Of a DNA stretch of 17,284 nt, positions 1 to 6,333 are shown piece by piece. Origin of the DNA: Candidatus Methylomirabilia bacterium. Lineage in GTDB: Bacteria > Methylomirabilota > Methylomirabilia > Rokubacteriales > CSP1-6. The stretch spans positions 1-17,284 of the forward strand of contig JBGQHJ010000106.1 in the NCBI GenBank assembly GCA_041497895.1, read 5' to 3'. A program made the translations under genes and the position numbers. The notes beneath the pieces are model-generated. The model was not told the origin of the DNA and did no database searches. It saw only the letters and a program-made list of their open reading frames with translations. The number at the start of each line of letters is the position of its first letter. The first letter of the stretch is position 1.

Positions 1-2022
1 CTCCGCGCGCGCGACCATTGCCTGCACGCCTCCGGCAAGAGCGCGGGGGCGCCCGACGCTCCCTACCGGTTCCTCGCCGATCCGAGCCACCAATTCCTGT
101 TGCGGTCGGGCAAGACCTCTTTCCTCGGGATGGACTTCGGCGACCTGCGGCGCATGGCGCTCGACATCGAGGTGACCACTGGGGCCGGCTTCGAGTTCCC
201 GAACGCGGCGCGCGAGTCCGACCGCATCATCGCCATCGCGATCGCCGACTCCACCGGCTTCACCACCGTGCTGTCCGGGGCCCAGCTCTCCGAGCCGGAG
301 CTGCTCGCGGAGTGCTCGCGGCTGATCCGCGAGCGCGACCCGGACGTGCTCGAGGGGCACAACATCTTCCGCTTCGATCTCGAGTACCTCGAGGCGCGCG
401 CACGGCGGCACCGCGTTCCCCTCGCGTGGGGGCGCGACGGCTCGGTCCTGCGCGGCTTCCCGTCCCGCATGCAGGTGGCCGAGCGCACCATCGGCTACCG
501 CCGTTACGGCGTCACCGGCCGGCACATCGTGGACACCTGGATCCTGGCCCAGCTCTACGACGTGGGCGCCCGCGACCTCGAGTCCTACGGGCTCAAGGAC
601 GTGGCCCGCCACTTCGGCATCGCGGCGCCCGACCGCACCTACCTGCCCCCGGAGGACATCCCGCGCATCTTCCTGGACGACCCGGCGCGCCTGATGGCCT
701 ACGCGCGCGACGACGTCATCGAGACCCTCGGCCTCTCCGCGATCCTGTCGCCGCCCTATTTCGTGCAGGCCCAGATCCTGCCGTTCGACTACCAGACCAC
801 CGTCCTGCGCGGCAACGCCACCAAGATCGACGCGCTGCTGATGCGCGAGTACCTCCACCGGCGCCAGGCGGTCCCCGCCCCGGGCCGGGGCCGTGGGGTC
901 GCGGGCGGGTACACCGCCATGTTCCAGCGGGGAGTCGCGCGCGACGTGCTCCACGTCGACGTGACCTCGCTCTATCCGTCGCTCATGCTGACCCAGGGCC
1001 TCTTCCCGGCCTCCGACCGCCTCGGGGTGTCCGCGTCGCTGCTCCGTGACCTCCGCGAGTTCCGGGTCTCGGCCAAGCGGATGGCCCGCGAGGCCGCCGC
1101 GCCCGAGGACCGCTTCTTCCTCAACGCGCTCCAGCAGACCTTCAAGATCTTCATCAACTCGTTCTACGGCTACCTCGCCTTCTCCCAGGGCCACTGGAAC
1201 GACTTCGAGGTCGCGAACCGGGTGACCGGCGAGGGCCGGCGCCTCGTGCAGCTCCTGCTCGACCGCCTGGGCGATCTGGGCGCCACCGTGGTCGAGGTGG
1301 ACACCGACGGCATCTACTTCGTGCCCCCCGCGGAGGAGGCAGCGGACGCGGCCGCGGCGGAGGAGCGGCTGGTGGCCCGGCTGTCCGCGGCGCTGCCCGA
1401 GGGCATCCAGCTCGAGCTCGACGGGCGCTACGTGGCGATGCTCAGCTACAAGATGAAGAACTACGTGGTTCTCGACGCGCGCGGCAAGCTCCTGATCAAG
1501 GGCTCGGGCCTGCGCTCGCGCGGCATCGAGCTCTTCCAGCGGCTGTGGATGGAGCAGATGTTTCGCCTCCTGCTCACCGGGCGGCGCGCGGAGATCCCGG
1601 CCCTGGTCAAGCGCTGGGAGGAGGACTTCCTCGCCCACCGGGTGCCGCTCAAGCAGTTCATGAAGACCGAGACCCTGCAGGAGTCACTCACCGCCTACCG
1701 CGAGAAGCTCCAGGCCGGCTCGCGCAACGTGGGCGCCGCCTACGAGCTGGCCGTGGCCTCCGCGCGCTCCTATCAGCCGGGCGACCAGGTCTCCTACTAC
1801 GTGACCGGCGAGGGCAAGCGCGTCAAGGTGAACGAGGCGGCCAAGCTCGCCTCCGAGTGGAGCGAGGGCGCGCCCGACGAGAACACCGCCTACTACGTGG
1901 CCAAGCTGCAGGAGCTCCACGACAAGTTCCGCCCGCTCATCGAGCAGGACGGGCTCGCGCCGGTGGTCGAGGACGAGCCGCCGCCCGCGCCGCCCGAGCA
2001 GACCCGCCTCTACGACGACTGA
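1..2022 (+). CDS. polB: Family B DNA polymerase (Pol II-like) with 3'-5' proofreading exonuclease; 5' end lies outside the window
   Basis: Frame 1 is open from base 1 (LRARDHCLH...), so the TTG at 100 is not the true start. Exo I DIEVTT, Exo II HNIFRFDLEYL, Exo III YARDD; polymerase motif A DVTSLYPS, motif B QQTFKIFINSFYGY, motif C VDTDG; stop TGA at 2020-2022. Confidence 0.95.
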   Translation, partial: LRARDHCLHASGKSAGAPDAPYRFLADPSHQFLLRSGKTSFLGMDFGDLRRMALDIEVTTGAGFEFPNAARESDRIIAIAIADSTGFTTVLSGAQLSEPELLAECSRLIRERDPDVLEGHNIFRFDLEYLEARARRHRVPLAWGRDGSVLRGFPSRMQVAERTIGYRRYGVTGRHIVDTWILAQLYDVGARDLESYGLKDVARHFGIAAPDRTYLPPEDIPRIFLDDPARLMAYARDDVIETLGLSAILSPPYFVQAQILPFDYQTTVLRGNATKIDALLMREYLHRRQAVPAPGRGRGVAGGYTAMFQRGVARDVLHVDVTSLYPSLMLTQGLFPASDRLGVSASLLRDLREFRVSAKRMAREAAAPEDRFFLNALQQTFKIFINSFYGYLAFSQGHWNDFEVANRVTGEGRRLVQLLLDRLGDLGATVVEVDTDGIYFVPPAEEAADAAAAEERLVARLSAALPEGIQLELDGRYVAMLSYKMKNYVVLDARGKLLIKGSGLRSRGIELFQRLWMEQMFRLLLTGRRAEIPALVKRWEEDFLAHRVPLKQFMKTETLQESLTAYREKLQAGSRNVGAAYELAVASARSYQPGDQVSYYVTGEGKRVKVNEAAKLASEWSEGAPDENTAYYVAKLQELHDKFRPLIEQDGLAPVVEDEPPPAPPEQTRLYDD

Positions 2023-2030
2023 AGCGCGGT

Positions 2031-2058
2031 CCGGCTCACCACTCCCCGGCTCACCACT
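2031..2058. repeat. 13-bp direct repeat CCGGCTCACCACT x2 (period 15)
   Basis: Copies at 2031-2043 and 2046-2058; the second contains the radical SAM Trp and stop codons (TGG TGA on the minus strand). Confidence 0.9.
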
Positions 2059-3046
2059 GTATGGCGAGCTGGCGCGGCCGCGCCGGGGCCTCCGTGCGGA
2101 CCCGCTCCTCGCGCGTGCGCGCCGGGAAGCCGACCTCGGCGGCCAGACGACTCACCCGCCGCTCGATCTCCTGCCGGTACGCCGCCGGCGCGTTGCCGGG
2201 GCGCGGGAAGAGCTCGCGGTAGCGCGGGAGCGCCCACGGGAACTCGGCGCGCACGAACTCGAGGAAGAAGCGCCACGTCATCTCGGTGCGCAGGAAGAGC
2301 GGCTGGCTGATGATCTCGCGCGCGCCCGCCGCGAGGGCGGCCGCCAACAGCTCGCGCAGGCCCGCGTCTCCGTCGGTCAGCAGCGGCAGCACCGGCATCA
2401 GGAAGATGCGGGTCCGGATGCCCTCCGCGGTGAGCGCGCGCACCGCCTCGAGGCGCAGGTCGGGCCGGGGAGCGCGCGGCTCGATCTGCCGCAGGAGGTC
2501 CGTGTCGAGCGAGATCAGCGAGACGTTGACCCAGAGATCTCCGCTCCGGGCCAGCCGGCCCAGGATCTCGCGGTCGCGCAGGACGCCGGTCGACTTGGTG
2601 GTGAGCCCGATCCGGAGCCCGGGCACCTGCTCCATGGCCTCGAGCACGCTCCGGGTGATCGCGAATCGCCCCTCGGCGGGTTGATACGGATCGGTCGCGG
2701 TTCCGATCGCGATCTCCTGGCCGGTCTCGCGGGCCCGCAAGAGACTCGCGACCAGGTTCCGATTCCCGGCGCGTTTCACATAGATGCGCTCCTCGAACTC
2801 GTTCGGGTCGGCGTGGCCCAGGTACTCGTGGGTCGGCCGCGCGTAGCAGTAGCGACAGCCAACCTCACAGCCGCGGAACGGGTTCACCGTCCACCCGAAT
2901 GGCATGGCCGTGCCGCTCAGCCGGTTCAGGAGGTTCTCCGATCTAAGCTCCTGGAACTCGGCGCCTCGGCGCTTGTCCACCACCTCCCCGAAACGACCGG
3001 CAAAGGCCGGGGCCGGCGTGGGCGGCTTGCACGAGGAACCATTCAT
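2051..3046 (-). CDS. Radical SAM protein, spore-photoproduct-lyase-like (Rv2578c/PA0069-type) family
   Basis: CxxxCxxC motif in NPFRGCEVGCRYCYAR, plus family-typical GTATDPYQP.E, TTKS and IEPRAPRP segments; ends RQLAIQW. Confidence 0.9.
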   Translation of the reverse strand: MNGSSCKPPTPAPAFAGRFGEVVDKRRGAEFQELRSENLLNRLSGTAMPFGWTVNPFRGCEVGCRYCYARPTHEYLGHADPNEFEERIYVKRAGNRNLVASLLRARETGQEIAIGTATDPYQPAEGRFAITRSVLEAMEQVPGLRIGLTTKSTGVLRDREILGRLARSGDLWVNVSLISLDTDLLRQIEPRAPRPDLRLEAVRALTAEGIRTRIFLMPVLPLLTDGDAGLRELLAAALAAGAREIISQPLFLRTEMTWRFFLEFVRAEFPWALPRYRELFPRPGNAPAAYRQEIERRVSRLAAEVGFPARTREERVRTEAPARPRQLAIQW

Positions 3047-3052
3047 ATGACG

Positions 3053-3058
3053 AGTATA
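3053..3058 (-). promoter_or_regulatory. -10 box TATACT for the radical SAM gene (probably leaderless)
   Basis: Minus strand reads GGTGGTAC-TATACT-CGTCAT-ATG; 6 nt to the ATG at 3046 and no Shine-Dalgarno. Confidence 0.65.
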
Positions 3059-3069
3059 GTACCACCGAG

Positions 3070-3101
3070 AAAAGCCCCGGGAAGCACATACCTCCCGGGG
3101 C
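3070..3101 (-). terminator. Intrinsic terminator of the RRM gene
   Basis: Minus strand GCCCCGGGA-(10 nt loop)-TCCCGGGGC-TTTTCT; 9-bp perfect stem (3074-3082 / 3093-3101) about 30 nt after the RRM stop. Confidence 0.75.
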
Positions 3102-3130
3102 CTCGCTCGCTGGCCTAGGTCGGCTTTGGC

Positions 3131-3472
3131 TTATCGGCGCCAGCCGCCCCCACCACCGCCGCCGGACCGCGGCCCACCACCGCCGCCACCCCGGGGTCCG
3201 CCGCCGCCGCCCCCTGCCCGCTGGGGTTGGGGCCGGGCCTCGTCGACGACCAGGTTGCGGTCGCGGAAAAGGCGGCCATTCAGCATCTCGATGGCCTTGG
3301 CCAGCTCTTCCTTGGTGGCCATCTCGACGAAGCCGAACCCGCGGGGTCGCCCGGTGAACTGATCCGTGACGATCCGGACGGACTCGACCGTCCCGGCCTG
3401 CTGAAACAACTCACGCAGGTCTTCCTCTGTGGCCTGGAACGACAGGTTGCCGACGAAGAGCTTTGCAGGCAT
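3131..3472 (-). CDS. RRM-domain RNA-binding protein with glycine-rich tail (113 aa)
   Basis: RNP2 LFVGNL, RNP1 RGFGFVEM, C-terminal GGGGGGPR repeats. ATG at 3472 has an AGGAGG Shine-Dalgarno at 3480-3485, preferred over the track's 3508 start. Confidence 0.95.
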   Translation of the reverse strand: MPAKLFVGNLSFQATEEDLRELFQQAGTVESVRIVTDQFTGRPRGFGFVEMATKEELAKAIEMLNGRLFRDRNLVVDEARPQPQRAGGGGGGPRGGGGGGPRSGGGGGGGWRR

Positions 3473-3591
3473 CGTGAAACCTCCTGCCGCGATCAGGACC
3501 GAGTGCACTCCCCCCGGCTCACCAGCGGCGTGCCTCCTGGGAACCCCATCCGCTTCGTGGACCCACGTAGTCAGGCCCGCAGCGTGCCGCT

Positions 3592-3620
3592 ACCGTAATG
3601 GCGGTCTGACCGCGTGTCAA
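3592..3620 (-). promoter_or_regulatory. Sigma70-type promoter of the RRM gene
   Basis: Minus strand TTGACA (3620-3615), 17-nt spacer, TACGGT (3597-3592); AT-rich tract upstream. Implies a leader of about 110 nt. Confidence 0.7.
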
Positions 3621-3698
3621 GGGAATCTTCCTGAAGAATGTTCTCTATTTCACGATGTTATGTCCTTACTGGGTAGGCAAAGGACGCCGCGAGAATAC

Positions 3699-4493
3699 CT
3701 ACAGATAGACGCCGCGGGTGATGCCTCCATCGACGGTGATCGTGATGCCGGTAAGAAATGACGCCCGCTCGGACGCGAGAAAGCACACCACATCCGCGAC
3801 TTCCTCGGGCAGCGCGATGCGGCCGAGGGGCAATTCTTGACCACGTTCTCTTACGTAGTCATCGACGTTCTGGTTGGCGGCTCGCGCCTGCTGCGCCATC
3901 AGACTGTCCCAGCGCTCGGTCTTGACCGGGCCCGGTGAGACGGCGGTGACCAGCACCCGGGAGGGCGCGCCGAGGTCGGCCAGCGCCTTGGTGAAGTTGA
4001 TCAGCGCCGCGTTCGCGGTGCCGCCCATCATGTAGGTCACGGCGGGATTGCGCGCGGCGGCGCCCACGACGTTGACGATGCGGCCGCCTCCCTGCCGCTG
4101 CATGTGGGGCAGCACCTCGCGAGCCATGCGGATGTAGCCCAGCAGCTTCAGGCTCCAGCCGTTCAGCCACTCCTCGTCGGGCGTGGTGAGGAAATCACCG
4201 CCCTTGATCGCGCCCGCGTTGTTCACCAGGATGTCGAGCCGGCCCAGGCGTGCGAGGGCGTCGGCGGCCACGCGCCGCACCTCGGCGTGCTGGCTCAGGT
4301 CGCCGGCCGCCACCTCCACGTGCCCGCCGGTCGCACGCTCGATGTCGGCGGCCGCGTCCTTGAGCGTGCCCACGTCACGCGAGCAGATCATCACGCGCGC
4401 GCCCTCCGCGGCGAGCGTGCGCGCCACCGCGCGCCCGATCCCCTTGCTCCCGCCGGTCACGAGCGCGGTCTTGCCTCGCAGTCCCAGGTCCAT
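3699..4493 (-). CDS. Short-chain dehydrogenase/reductase (SDR) of the atypical subgroup lacking YxxxK
   Basis: MDLGLRGKTALVTGGSKGIG (TGxxxGIG), LDILVNNAG, GRIVNV, VSPGPVKT, ITVDGG. AAAGGAG Shine-Dalgarno upstream of ATG 4493. The YxxxK position reads GGTAN. Confidence 0.92.
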   Translation of the reverse strand: MDLGLRGKTALVTGGSKGIGRAVARTLAAEGARVMICSRDVGTLKDAAADIERATGGHVEVAAGDLSQHAEVRRVAADALARLGRLDILVNNAGAIKGGDFLTTPDEEWLNGWSLKLLGYIRMAREVLPHMQRQGGGRIVNVVGAAARNPAVTYMMGGTANAALINFTKALADLGAPSRVLVTAVSPGPVKTERWDSLMAQQARAANQNVDDYVRERGQELPLGRIALPEEVADVVCFLASERASFLTGITITVDGGITRGVYL

Positions 4494-4521
4494 GGTGTCG
4501 CTCCTTTCGCCGGGTGGTCGC

Positions 4522-5073
4522 TCAGCCCCGCTGGGCGTGGCGCGCCAGCAGGTCCTCGAAGCTCTCCGCGGCGAGCGTCTCGGCCCAGTCGCGGCCCTCG
4601 GAGTCGCGACCGTAGTACTCGGCCATGTAGACGCGTGCTTCGGCGCGCGTGCGGAAGAGCCGCCAGATGTGTGCCGCGCTGCCCGCCGGGCGCCGCAGGT
4701 AGAAGATGGGATCGGCGGGACCGGTCGGCTCGTAGATCGTGCGCTGCCCGAACTGGTCGTAGGTGATCCACGCCGCCGCGATCCCGTGGGCCGACAGCAC
4801 CCGCGCCCGCAGCGACGCCTCGAGCGGCAGCGACTCCGTGTCCTGAAGTCGGGGGCCGTAGTAGATGGGCACCGCGGCGGCATCGATCGAGAGCGCCACC
4901 GGCATCGGGCTCCCCGCCCCGTCGAGCAGGGCGCGCGCGTCGTCGCCGATCCACGCCTGCCCGGACACGTAGAGATCGGGCCACGCTTCCAGGAGCCGGC
5001 CCGGCGGCAGGAGCCTGCGCCGACTCGCCACCTCCGACGCGTCGGCGACCAGGTGCAGCCGGGCGCTCGACAT
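4522..5073 (-). CDS. Hypothetical protein (183 aa)
   Basis: ATG at 5073 overlaps the DUF309 stop (TGATG); protein-like composition with many aromatic residues (IYYGPRL, PIFYLRRP, HIWRLF); fills the operon gap before the SDR. No family recognised. Confidence 0.8.
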   Translation of the reverse strand: MSSARLHLVADASEVASRRRLLPPGRLLEAWPDLYVSGQAWIGDDARALLDGAGSPMPVALSIDAAAVPIYYGPRLQDTESLPLEASLRARVLSAHGIAAAWITYDQFGQRTIYEPTGPADPIFYLRRPAGSAAHIWRLFRTRAEARVYMAEYYGRDSEGRDWAETLAAESFEDLLARHAQRG

Positions 5074-5720
5074 CAGGCCTCCGCGGGAAAGCTCGGCACG
5101 CGGCGCCAGTCGAAGGCGCGCGCGGTCTCCTCGCCGCCCGCGGCCAGCTCGCGCGCGTGGACGGCCACCTCGCGCGCGAACGCGTCGAGATCCCGCCCGG
5201 CCAGGCGCTGCCCCACCAGCTTGGCCGCGCCGTCGTGCAGCAGGGCCCGGGCGCCGCCGAGGTTGCCGTTGGCCAGATGCTGGTAGCCCACCGCGGCCTG
5301 GATGAGACCCTGGAGCGCCTGCCGCGTCGCACCCTCCGCGTGCATCCAGTGCGGCTCGAGGATCTCGTGGACCTCGAAGTAGAGGCCCGCCGCGAAGAGG
5401 GTCGTGGCCTGGTCGAGGACGGTCTCGAGCGGCGGATCCGGGGGGGCCAGTGGGCGGTCCGCGAGCGCGTGGGCGGCGCGGGTCGCCCGCTCCGCGAAGG
5501 GCGCCGCGTGCTCCCGGTACCCCGGCTTGAGGCGCCAGCCGTCGGGTCCGCGATCGAAGAGCTCGGCCGGGAACGAGAGGGGTGACGTGGTCGCGTCCAG
5601 CGCGCGCGGGTCCGCGCACACCGCGGCGAGCGCCTCCAGGCCCCGCCGCGCGTCGCCGTCGTGGAGGGCGTCGAGGACGAGATCGGCCAGGCGATTGCGC
5701 AGGGGCAACGGCAGCGTCAC
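5073..5720 (-). CDS. DUF309-domain protein with an N-terminal extension (215 aa)
   Basis: LFAAGLYFEVHEILEPHW...LQGLIQAAVGYQHLANGNLGGARALL matches the DUF309 pattern; the GTG start overlaps the upstream stop (GTGA at 5720-5717). Confidence 0.85.
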   Translation of the reverse strand: MTLPLPLRNRLADLVLDALHDGDARRGLEALAAVCADPRALDATTSPLSFPAELFDRGPDGWRLKPGYREHAAPFAERATRAAHALADRPLAPPDPPLETVLDQATTLFAAGLYFEVHEILEPHWMHAEGATRQALQGLIQAAVGYQHLANGNLGGARALLHDGAAKLVGQRLAGRDLDAFAREVAVHARELAAGGEETARAFDWRRVPSFPAEA

Positions 5721-6235
5721 GCTCGCGCGGCGAGGCGGCGGTGCGCGGTCTGGATCTGCTCGAGGTGAATCAGGTCGTGCTCCGCCCAGTGATCCAGGAG
5801 CTGCGTCATGGTGAGCCGGCCGTACTCGGGATGGCGCCCGTGCTGCCGCCGCGCGGCCGCGCCGAGCCGGCCCACGTAGGCGAGGTTGGACCGTCGCAGC
5901 GCGGTGTAGGTCGCCAGCGCCTCCCGCAGCGGGGTGCGCCGGTAGCGGCCGCCCTCGGCCCAGCGGTCCTGATCCCACGCGACCAGCACCGAGCGCGGCT
6001 CGGCCGCGATCTTGCGGATGCGGAAGGCGAGCGCGATCTCCGCGTCGGCCAGGTGGCTCATCACCTCGGCGACCGCCCACTCGCCGCGCGCCGGGCGTCG
6101 GGCGACGAATCGGCGTGGCACGCGCCCGAGGGCGCGGGCGAGGCGGCCCGGGGCCGCGCGGAGCGCGCGCAGGGGACGGACGGATCCGAGGCGCGTGTGG
6201 GCGACGCGGCACATCGGGCAGCGGGTGGCGGCCAT
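5717..6235 (-). CDS. DinB/YfiT-like four-helix-bundle metalloprotein (DinB_2 family, 172 aa)
   Basis: RPARGEWAVAEVMSHLADAE, WDQDRWA, GRHPEYGRLT, HWAEHDLIHLEQI (His-triad pattern); AAGGAG Shine-Dalgarno at 6247-6242 before ATG 6235. Confidence 0.88.
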   Translation of the reverse strand: MAATRCPMCRVAHTRLGSVRPLRALRAAPGRLARALGRVPRRFVARRPARGEWAVAEVMSHLADAEIALAFRIRKIAAEPRSVLVAWDQDRWAEGGRYRRTPLREALATYTALRRSNLAYVGRLGAAARRQHGRHPEYGRLTMTQLLDHWAEHDLIHLEQIQTAHRRLAARA

Positions 6236-6281
6236 GGAGGACTCCTTGAAGTGACGGGTTCGACGCGCGAGCTCGGCGCGT

Positions 6282-6290
6282 ATCGTAACA
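6282..6290 (-). promoter_or_regulatory. Extended -10 (TG-T-TACGAT) for the DinB operon
   Basis: AT-rich hexamer with TGn in an otherwise very GC-rich intergenic region, about 45 nt upstream of ATG 6235. Confidence 0.55.
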
Positions 6291-6321
6291 CGGTCGCGCC
6301 GGGGTCGGCCGGGGCGCGGGG

Positions 6322-6327
6322 TATAAT
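6322..6327 (+). promoter_or_regulatory. -10 box TATAAT for the moeA operon (probably leaderless)
   Basis: Perfect TATAAT, then GCGCGC (6 nt), then ATG 6334; no Shine-Dalgarno. Confidence 0.75.
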
Positions 6328-6333
6328 GCGCGC

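Noticed and set aside
1..2022. PolB as the marker of a prophage, casposon or pipolin
   Set aside because: No integrase, Cas1 or structural genes; codon style matches the housekeeping neighbours. The upstream context is outside the window and cannot be assessed.
2051..2053. UGA recoding (selenocysteine or readthrough) at the radical SAM stop
   Set aside because: Readthrough would add only a few residues (xAGEW) before the duplicated stop, and no SECIS-like hairpin is evident.
3030..3070. LexA/SOS box upstream of the radical SAM gene
   Set aside because: No match to CTGT-N8-ACAG or GAAC-N4-GTTC found by eye; a lineage-specific box cannot be excluded.
3140..3215. (CCG)n-rich repeats as a possible array
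   Set aside because: They encode the glycine-rich tail of the RRM protein; no repeat-spacer periodicity.
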